32,000 bases of DNA from assembly GCF_008065095.1 (NCBI RefSeq), contig NZ_CP042911.1, positions 4,170,001-4,202,000 of the forward strand, written 5' to 3'. A model generated the notes under the pieces. The model had not been told where the DNA came from. It did no database searches and saw nothing but the letters and a program-made list of their open reading frames with translations. Every line of letters begins with the position of its first letter. The stretch's first letter is position 1. Origin of the DNA: Gemmata obscuriglobus (GTDB taxonomy: Bacteria > Planctomycetota > Planctomycetia > Gemmatales > Gemmataceae). The position numbers were made by a program, and so were the translations under genes. Positions 7,193-13,782 of this stretch are shown one piece after another.

Positions 7193-8131
7193 ATGGCGAA
7201 GGCCCGCATCTCGATCGGCACCTGGGCGTACCTCTTCAACCAAGAGCAGCCGACGAACGACTTCCACGTGATCCTGCACAAGCTGCAAGACCTCGGGTAC
7301 GACGGGGTGGAACTGGGCAGCTTCGGCCCGCACCCGAGCCCGGTGTCGCACCCGACAAAGGCCAGCCGCCAGAAGCTGCGCAAGGAGATCGCGGACCACG
7401 GGTTGGCGCTGTCGGGCATCGCGGTGGACTTGTGGGCGTTTAAGAAGCCCGGCACCTCGATCGTGGACGAAAACCCGAGCGCGTATCTGACCGCGTTCCT
7501 CGGGTGGTGCGCGTTCGCCGCCGACCTGGACGTGAAGACGATCCGCGTCGACACGGTGATCGACTGGGACTACTTCGAGAAGGACGGCAAGGAACTCGGC
7601 GCCGCAAAGGGCCTGGACCGCATCGTGAGCGCGTGGGATAAGGCGAGCAAGATCGCGGCCGATTACGGGATGAACATCTGCTGGGAGTTCGAGCCCGGGT
7701 TCGCGTTCAACAAGCCGTCCGAGATTGTGCAACTGGTCGAACAGGTGCGGGCGAAGGGGAACAACAACTTCGGCGTGCTGTACGACACCTGTCACGCCCA
7801 CATGTGCGCGGGGATCGGCGCGAACCAACCCGGCACCAAGGAGACGCTGCCCGGCGGCGCCCTGGAACTGCTCGAAAAGCTGAAGGGCAAGATCACCCAC
7901 GTCCACGTGATCGACAGCGACGGCAGCCTGAACGAGCACAACACCAGCACGCACAACCCGTTCGGCACCGGCAACCTGGACTTCGACAAGTTGGCCCCGG
8001 CGCTGCGCAACAGCGGCGTGCCGAACGACTGGTGGTGCGTGGACCTGTGCTTCTGGCCGAACGCGTGGCAGGTGACCGCGGACAGCAAGAAGTACCTGGA
8101 CAAGCTCCGCGAGAAGTACGCCGCGGTGTGA
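7193..8131 (+). CDS. Sugar phosphate isomerase/epimerase (xylose isomerase-like TIM barrel family)
   Basis: 312 aa. Family-typical features include GYDGVELG near the N-terminus, NICWEFEPG, LYDTCHAH and HVHVIDSDG, which are the metal-ligand E/D/H/E positions of the AP-endonuclease-2/xylose-isomerase-like fold. The substrate is unknown. Confidence 0.8.
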   Translation: MAKARISIGTWAYLFNQEQPTNDFHVILHKLQDLGYDGVELGSFGPHPSPVSHPTKASRQKLRKEIADHGLALSGIAVDLWAFKKPGTSIVDENPSAYLTAFLGWCAFAADLDVKTIRVDTVIDWDYFEKDGKELGAAKGLDRIVSAWDKASKIAADYGMNICWEFEPGFAFNKPSEIVQLVEQVRAKGNNNFGVLYDTCHAHMCAGIGANQPGTKETLPGGALELLEKLKGKITHVHVIDSDGSLNEHNTSTHNPFGTGNLDFDKLAPALRNSGVPNDWWCVDLCFWPNAWQVTADSKKYLDKLREKYAAV

Positions 8132-8147
8132 TACAATCGGACCGGCG

Positions 8148-8180
8148 AGCGGGGAGGCGTTGGCCTCCCCGCTTCTTTCT
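8148..8180 (+). terminator. Rho-independent terminator after the isomerase gene
   Basis: The stem gcggggaggc (8149-8158), loop gttg and stem gcctccccgc (8163-8172) are followed by ttctttct. It lies 17 nt after the stop at 8131. Confidence 0.75.
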
Positions 8181-8197
8181 CCACTGCGAGCCGACGG

Positions 8198-8851
8198 ATG
8201 ACGGCGACTCAACCGGCACTGAAGACGTTCGCGGACCTGCACGCCAAGCTCGGAGGCGTGCCGCTGGACCGCATCCGACTGCACCCCGCACCCGGCACCG
8301 CGACCGAAGCCGACCTCGAACACGCCGGCAAGCCGACGTGCGAACTCATCGACGGCGTCCTCGTGGAGAAGGCGATGGGGACTTTCGAGTCGTTCCTGGG
8401 AATCCACATCGCACGGCTGATTGGGAACCATGTCGAGGCCAACGACCTGGGTGTCGTGACCGGCGAAGCCGGGTTCATTCGGCTCGGCCAGGATCACGTT
8501 CGCGCCCCAGACGTGACGTTCATCCCGTGGTCCGAGTTCCCGAACGACGAGGTGCCGCAGGACGAAGCGTTCTGGTCCGTCGCACCGGGGCTGATCGTCG
8601 AAGTGCTGAGCCCCGGGAACACGACAGCCGAGATCGATCGGAAGTTGGCGGAGTTCTTCAAAGCCGGGTGCAAACTCGCCTGGACAATCGATCCGCGGGC
8701 GAAGACGGCGATGGTCTACACGTCGGCGAAGAGTTTCAAGGAGTTGGACGAAACCGGCACTCTTGATGGTGGTAAGGTGCTGCCGGGTTTCACGTTGTCG
8801 CTCGCGGAACTGTTTGCGTCCACTCAGCGCGGAAAGAAGAAGCTGCGGTAA
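8198..8851 (+). CDS. Uma2-family (DUF820) putative endonuclease
   Basis: 217 aa. It has the typical Uma2 pattern: CELIDGVLVEK, HVRAPDVTFIPW, PGLIVEVLSPGNT..EIDRKLAEFFKAGCKLAWTIDP. This corresponds to a PD-(D/E)xK-like core. Confidence 0.8.
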   Translation: MTATQPALKTFADLHAKLGGVPLDRIRLHPAPGTATEADLEHAGKPTCELIDGVLVEKAMGTFESFLGIHIARLIGNHVEANDLGVVTGEAGFIRLGQDHVRAPDVTFIPWSEFPNDEVPQDEAFWSVAPGLIVEVLSPGNTTAEIDRKLAEFFKAGCKLAWTIDPRAKTAMVYTSAKSFKELDETGTLDGGKVLPGFTLSLAELFASTQRGKKKLR

Positions 8852-8985
8852 CACCTGCGCCGCACAACCGGAATGCTGTTGATCGCTCTTCGCTTCATTT
8901 CGCCCTGGCGGTTATTGCCGAATCGGCGGCACGTCCGCATACTCGCCCTGAACTTCCTCTCTTAACAACACGCTGTTAGGCGCTC

Positions 8986-9705
8986 ATGCACCGGGCGTAT
9001 CATCGCTGGTGGAGCCCGTCGCTCCACCGGGACATGGAGCTTCTCGAGTTCGGGCACGGGGGGGCGCGGGTGGTCGCGTTCCCGACGTCCGGCGGGCGGT
9101 TCTTCGAGTGGGAGAACCGCGGGCTGGTCCGCGCGCTCGGGCACGCGCTCGAAAACGGCTGGCTGCACCTCACCTGTGTGGACGCGGTGGACCGCGAGAG
9201 CTGGTACGCGTACCACACGCACCCGGGGGCGCGGGTGTGGCGCCACGAGCAGTACACTCAGTACGTGATGAACGAGGTGCTGCCGTGGGTGCAGTGGCGC
9301 AACCCGAACCCGTACACCATCTTCACCGGCGCGAGCTTCGGTGCCTTCCACGCGCTTTCGATGGGGCTGCGCTACCCGGACCGGGTGAACCGTATCCTGA
9401 GCATGAGCGGCCTGGCCGACATCAAGATGTTCCTGTCGGGCTACCACGACGAGACCGTCTACCGTCAGAACCCGGTCGACTTCATTCCCAACGAACACGA
9501 CGGCTGGCGCCTGGACCGGCTGCGTTCTCAGAACATCATTCTGGCGGTGGGGAACGGCGACCGGTTAGTCCACCAGAACCGCGAGCTGTCGGGTAAACTG
9601 TGGGGCAAAGGGATCGGTAACGCGCTCCGCGAGTGGGACGGGTTCGCGCACGACTGGCCCGTTTGGTCGGACATGATCCAGAAGTACATCGGCGGCAATG
9701 ATTAA
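8986..9705 (+). CDS. Esterase-family alpha/beta serine hydrolase (esterase D / putative-esterase-like)
   Basis: 239 aa. The nucleophile elbow is G-A-S-F-G (FTGASFGAFHA). The candidate acid is VGNGDRLV and the candidate His is GFAHDWPVW. The N-terminal WWSPSLHRDMELLEFGHGGARVVAFPTSGG matches the putative-esterase pattern. Confidence 0.75.
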   Translation: MHRAYHRWWSPSLHRDMELLEFGHGGARVVAFPTSGGRFFEWENRGLVRALGHALENGWLHLTCVDAVDRESWYAYHTHPGARVWRHEQYTQYVMNEVLPWVQWRNPNPYTIFTGASFGAFHALSMGLRYPDRVNRILSMSGLADIKMFLSGYHDETVYRQNPVDFIPNEHDGWRLDRLRSQNIILAVGNGDRLVHQNRELSGKLWGKGIGNALREWDGFAHDWPVWSDMIQKYIGGND

Positions 9706-9710
9706 GATTG

Positions 9711-9809
9711 TTCACCGCGGAGGGCACGGGCGGGCGCAGAGAAATTCAAGACGAGCATTAAACTCACTCTTAGCTCTTCTCTGCGCCCGCCCGTGCCCTC
9801 CGCGGTGAA
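9711..9809. repeat. Perfect 33-bp inverted repeat with a 33-nt spacer (REP/MITE-like or RNA hairpin) between the esterase and ATP-grasp genes
   Basis: ttcaccgcggagggcacgggcgggcgcagagaa (9711-9743) is the exact reverse complement of 9777-9809. It begins 6 nt after the esterase stop and ends 20 nt before the ATG at 9829. Confidence 0.85.
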
Positions 9810-9828
9810 TCCTGTTTTAGAGCCAATT

Positions 9829-10746
9829 ATGAAACGTGTAGGCGTCATTGTGGGGCGCGAGTGGTCGTTCCCGCCACGGTTCATCGACGAGGTGAACGGG
9901 CGCAACGCGGGCGTCGTCGCCGAGTTCGTGAAACTCGGCGGCACCCGGATGGACGAAAAGATCCCCTACGACGTGCTCGTGGACCGCATCTCGCACGAGG
10001 TGCCGTACTACCGCAGCTACCTCAAGCACGCGGTGCTGGAGGGCGTCACGGTCATCAACAACCCGTTCATGTGGACCGCGGACGACAAGTTCTTCGGCGC
10101 CTCGCTGTGCGCCAAACTCGGCCTCGCGCACCCCAAGACGCTGGTGCTGCCGAACAAGGACTACGTGCCGGGGATCGTGAAGACGGAGAGCCTGCGGAAC
10201 CTGGAGTACCCGCTCAACTGGCAGGCGGTCGTGGACCACGTCGGGCTCCCGTGCATCCTGAAGGACGCGCACGGCGGCGGGTGGCGCGGGGTGTACGTGT
10301 GCCACAGCGTCGAGGAGCTGATCCGGTACTACGACGGCTCCGGGCTGCTCACGATGATCGCCCAGGAGTTCATCCAGTGGGACCAGTACGTGCGGTGCAT
10401 GTGTCTGGGCCGCGACCGCGTGCTGCCGATGCCCTACGACACCCACAACCGCCGCTACATCGCCGAGCCCAACTACCTCTCCCCCGAGCTGAACGCGCGG
10501 GTGATCCGCGACTCGCTCAAGCTGGTGGACGCGCTCGGGTACGACATGAACACGGCGGAGTGGGCCATCAAGGACGGCGTGCCGTACGCGATCGACTTCA
10601 TGAACCCGGCGCCGGACATGGACGTGAACTCGCTCACCCCTGAGTACTTCGAGTGGGTAGTGAAGCATATGGCCGACCTCGTCATCGACCGCGCGCTGAA
10701 CCCGCAGCCGCAGCTCGCCGAACTCAAGTGGAGCAAGCTGTTTTGA
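9829..10746 (+). CDS. ATP-grasp domain protein (RimK/glutathione-synthetase-like carboxylate-amine ligase fold)
   Basis: 305 aa from the ATG at 9829 (MKRVGVIVG). The track start at 9793 is a GTG inside the hairpin arm. ATP-grasp hallmarks are PCILKDAHGGGWRGVYVC (Gly-rich loop), MIAQEFI, and the AIDFMN Mg/ATP ligand motif near the C-terminus. Confidence 0.7.
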   Translation: MKRVGVIVGREWSFPPRFIDEVNGRNAGVVAEFVKLGGTRMDEKIPYDVLVDRISHEVPYYRSYLKHAVLEGVTVINNPFMWTADDKFFGASLCAKLGLAHPKTLVLPNKDYVPGIVKTESLRNLEYPLNWQAVVDHVGLPCILKDAHGGGWRGVYVCHSVEELIRYYDGSGLLTMIAQEFIQWDQYVRCMCLGRDRVLPMPYDTHNRRYIAEPNYLSPELNARVIRDSLKLVDALGYDMNTAEWAIKDGVPYAIDFMNPAPDMDVNSLTPEYFEWVVKHMADLVIDRALNPQPQLAELKWSKLF

Positions 10747-10845
10747 TAAGGTAGGGGCGGCCGCAAACAAGCGCAACGTGCGAAGGCTAAAGAAGAGCGC
10801 GCAGCAGACGCCCGGTTCCTCTGGTGCCGGACCTCTTGCTCTTTC

Positions 10846-10870
10846 TTTTTTGTGCTTTTTGTGCTTTTTT
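10846..10870 (+). promoter_or_regulatory. Phased T-tracts (T6-GTGC-T5-GTGC-T6) upstream of the 10904 gene; candidate curved-DNA/UP element or U-tract
   Basis: ttttttgtgctttttgtgctttttt has a period of about 9 to 10 bp. It lies 34 to 58 nt upstream of the ATG at 10904 and is very atypical for the surrounding GC-rich DNA. Confidence 0.3.
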
Positions 10871-10903
10871 CCGGCCGTTCTGATTCTTCCCCCGAGGCGT
10901 GCC

Positions 10904-12262
10904 ATGTCTGCCGACGCGATTGCTGCCTACCACGACCTGCTCGCGTCCGGCGGCATACTCGCGGCCGACTCGCAGGGTGCTCTGGAGCGGGCGCAACAGT
11001 TGCGAGGGCTCCAGTTCGGCACCCGCCCCGTGTGCACGGTGCTGCGCCCGCGGTTCCTCACCCCGGCGCAGTACCGGCTGCTTCACGACACCGTCGGCAC
11101 CCTGCTGCCTGCGTTCCAGACCGTGTACGATCGCGCCCTGGTCGACCCGGCGTTCCGTGGGCAGTTCCGGTTGCTCGACTGGGAGGAGCAGCTCCTTTCC
11201 GTGGAGCCCGGGTTCGCCTGCCCGAGCCCGACGAGCCGCTTCGACACGTTCTTCGCGTCCGACGACGAACTCCTGTTCACCGAGCTGAACTCCGAAACCC
11301 CGGCCGGGGCGGGCTACTCGGACGCATTGAGCGAGGTTTTTTACGGGTTGCCGGTGTTTCAAGAGTTTCAGCGACGGTTCCGGGCGTTCCCGATCCCGGC
11401 GCGGCCCGGCGTGCTGCACGCGCTCACTGACTCGTTCCGGCAGTGGCAGGGGCACACGTCCGACGCCCCGCGGATCGCGATCCTCGACTGGCGCGAGGTG
11501 CCGACGTTCAGCGAGTTCGTGATCTTCTACGACTACTTCAAGGCGATGGGGCTCGAGGCGCGTATCGTGGACCCGCGCGAGGTGGAGTACCGCGACGGCA
11601 AGCTGATGGCGGGCGACTACCACATCACCCTCATCTACAAGCGGGTGCTGATCGGCGAGCTGATCGAGCGCGGCGGGCTCGATCACCCGGTCGTGCGGGC
11701 CGTGCGCGACCGGGCCGTGTGCATGGTGAACTCGTTCCGCTGCAAGATCCTGTTCAAGAAGGCGTCGCTCGCGGTGTTGTCCGACGAGCGTAACCGGGGC
11801 CTGCTCACGCCCGCGCAGCAGCAGGCCGTTACGAAACACATCCCCTGGACGCGGGTGATGGAGGCACGCACCACCACCGGACCCGACGGCGCGGCCATCG
11901 ACCTGGTCCCCTGGGCCAGCACGAACAAGGACCAACTGGTACTGAAACCGAACGACGACTACGGCGGGAAGGGGATCGTACTCGGCTGGCTGGCCGACCA
12001 GCGCACCTGGGACGAGGCGGTGCAGACGGCCCTGACCCACCCGTATGTGGTTCAGCAGAAGGTGAAGATCCCGCACGAGGCGTTTCCGAGCTTCGAGAAC
12101 GGGTCGCTTCACGTCCTCGACCGGATGCTGGACACGAACCCGTACGTGGCGTTCGGCACGCACATGCACGGGTGCCTGACCCGCATCTCCACCGAGGCGC
12201 TCGTGAACGTGACCGCCGGCGGCGGGTCCACCGTGCCGACGTTCCTGGTCGAGCCGCGGTGA
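10904..12262 (+). CDS. Circularly permuted ATP-grasp (type 2) / glutathionylspermidine-synthase-like amidoligase
   Basis: 452 aa from the ATG at 10904 (the track start at 10778 is GTG and crosses the T-tract spacer). Family-like motifs are FTELNSETPAGAGYSD, LVLKPNDDYGGKGIVLGW and VNVTAGGGSTVPTFLV. Confidence 0.7.
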   Translation: MSADAIAAYHDLLASGGILAADSQGALERAQQLRGLQFGTRPVCTVLRPRFLTPAQYRLLHDTVGTLLPAFQTVYDRALVDPAFRGQFRLLDWEEQLLSVEPGFACPSPTSRFDTFFASDDELLFTELNSETPAGAGYSDALSEVFYGLPVFQEFQRRFRAFPIPARPGVLHALTDSFRQWQGHTSDAPRIAILDWREVPTFSEFVIFYDYFKAMGLEARIVDPREVEYRDGKLMAGDYHITLIYKRVLIGELIERGGLDHPVVRAVRDRAVCMVNSFRCKILFKKASLAVLSDERNRGLLTPAQQQAVTKHIPWTRVMEARTTTGPDGAAIDLVPWASTNKDQLVLKPNDDYGGKGIVLGWLADQRTWDEAVQTALTHPYVVQQKVKIPHEAFPSFENGSLHVLDRMLDTNPYVAFGTHMHGCLTRISTEALVNVTAGGGSTVPTFLVEPR

Positions 12263-12326
12263 CCGGGCGTTGAGTTCAGCCCGACTCACGTTCCAATTGC
12301 CGGCGTCTATTTTGTCTGCTCTTCTC

Positions 12327-12391
12327 GTGGCATAGACATTCCTGTCTGTGCGGTTCAGTAATCGCTGCACAGACAGGAATGTCTGTGCCAC
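12327..12391. repeat. Nested palindromic (REP-like) element between convergent genes; likely a bidirectional terminator
   Basis: gtggcatagacattcctgtctgtgc (12327-12351) pairs with gcacagacaggaatgtctgtgccac (12367-12391) at 24 of 25 positions around a 15-nt loop. Each arm also contains its own mini-palindrome agaca-ttcc-tgtct. Confidence 0.75.
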
Positions 12392-12433
12392 AAGAAACAA
12401 ACACAACCAGCCGGATCGTAAATGACGCTGGTT

Positions 12434-13693
12434 TCAACGGCCGCTGGCGGTAGCAGCCTCTACGAGCGTTCCGTCGGCGAGGTCGTCGCCGGGGCGCACC
12501 ACCAACCGCTCGCCACCGGTTAACCCTTCTGTGATCTCGACGGTTTGGCCGTAGTCACGCCCCAGCTTCACCGCCCGGTACGTCACGCGCCCGGCGGTGT
12601 CGACCAGCGCGACCTTCGCCCCCTCGGCGCGGATCACGACCGCGGCACCGGGGACGCGAACCACATTTCCCGGGTTCTCGAGCTGGAACCGCACCTGAAG
12701 GTACATCCCGGGCAGCAGCGCGTGGTCCCGGTTCGGAACCGCCACCTCGACCCGCAGGGTCCGGGTCAGCACGTTGACCGACTGCGTGGTGCGGGCCACC
12801 GCGCCGGCGAACTCGCGGCCGGGCACCTCGCGCCGCGAAACCGGCGCCGGCTGCCCGGCGCGCACCGCCGTGGCGAACGTTTGCGGCACGTCGGCGAACA
12901 CCCGCAGCGTGTCGATCTGCGCCAAGTGGAACATTTCCCGCCCGGCGGAACTGTCGGCGACGACGAGCGCCCCGGGGTCGTAGTTGCGGGCGGTGATGAC
13001 GCCGCCGAACGGCGCGGTCACCTTCTGGAACCGTTGCAGGTCCTCCAGCCGCTTGACGTTGGCCTCGCTCGCCTTGATCGTCGCTTCGGAAAGCTCGACC
13101 GTTGCTGTCGACACCTTGAAACTCGCTTCGGCCTCGTCCCGCTCCTGCTTGGAGCCGGCGCCGCCGCTGTACGTTTGCCGAACGCGGTCGAGGTTCAGCC
13201 GGCTCAGCTCCACGCTCGCGCGGTTCCGGTCCCGGGTCGCGAGCGATTCGCCCAGCGCCGCCCGCGCCTGAAGGAGTTGCGCGTCCACCTCGGGCGTCTC
13301 GATCTCGGCCAGTAACTGGCCCTCCTTCACTTCGTCGCCGATGTCCACGTACCACTTGCGCAGGTAGCCGCTGGTGCGGGCGTACACCGCGGTCTCGCGG
13401 AGCGGGTACGCGGTCCCCGGGAGCACCTGCTCGACCTTCGGCGGCGCGCGTTCGGCGGTCACCACCAGCACACGGGGACGGTCCGTGCGCACGGCCTCCG
13501 CCGCTTCGGTGCGGTCGGCCTGTTGCCGGTGCCGCGCCCGGACGCCGGCGACACCCAGCGCCCCGAGGGCGGCGAGCGCGAGGATTGCCAGCACGAGTAA
13601 CCGGAGGAACGACGGCCGCGCCGGCGGGGCTTCGACGTGGTCCGGGTCGGCGTGCCCGTGCGCGGGGTTCGTGTGTAGTACGGGGGTGCTCAC
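12434..13693 (-). CDS. Efflux RND periplasmic adaptor subunit (membrane fusion protein, HlyD family)
   Basis: 419 aa. No in-frame ATG exists upstream of the TM anchor. I chose the GTG at 13693-13691, preceded by GAAGGGAG, giving VSTPVLHTNP... The anchor is FLRLLVLAILALAALGALGVAGV. The lipoyl-like motif YLRKWYVDIGDEVKEGQLLAEIETPE, a coiled-coil hairpin and a beta-barrel region follow. The upstream part of track ORF 12434..15883 is a spurious extension through the RND gene. Confidence 0.85.
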   Translation of the reverse strand: MSTPVLHTNPAHGHADPDHVEAPPARPSFLRLLVLAILALAALGALGVAGVRARHRQQADRTEAAEAVRTDRPRVLVVTAERAPPKVEQVLPGTAYPLRETAVYARTSGYLRKWYVDIGDEVKEGQLLAEIETPEVDAQLLQARAALGESLATRDRNRASVELSRLNLDRVRQTYSGGAGSKQERDEAEASFKVSTATVELSEATIKASEANVKRLEDLQRFQKVTAPFGGVITARNYDPGALVVADSSAGREMFHLAQIDTLRVFADVPQTFATAVRAGQPAPVSRREVPGREFAGAVARTTQSVNVLTRTLRVEVAVPNRDHALLPGMYLQVRFQLENPGNVVRVPGAAVVIRAEGAKVALVDTAGRVTYRAVKLGRDYGQTVEITEGLTGGERLVVRPGDDLADGTLVEAATASGR

Positions 13694-13782
13694 GGCCGGC
13701 TCCCTTCGAGGTCCTGGTGGTCCAAGTTCCGGGTTGCAAGATTCACTGACCCGCACGGCTTCGCCGGGGGTGCTGGAATGAC

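Noticed and set aside
7139-8854. 571-aa minus-strand ORF spanning the isomerase and Uma2 genes
   Set aside because: It lies antisense to two genes with clear family signatures. Its composition is dominated by R/G/A/P/V/H/L, typical of shadow frames in high-GC DNA, and no motif is recognisable.
9701-9709. The 9-mer gattaagat occurs both at the IS target site (2209-2217) and at the esterase stop (9700-9708); a similar ctaagat lies at 343-349. This could be a preferred IS target or a shared element boundary.
   Set aside because: The match is only 9 nt and includes a stop codon in one case. There are no associated IRs or duplications at the other sites, so coincidence cannot be excluded from one window.
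9817-12406. Minus-strand ORFs 9817..10905 (362 aa) and 10787..12406 (539 aa)
   Set aside because: They are antisense to the two ATP-grasp genes, have shadow-ORF composition, and the second one runs through the REP-like element.
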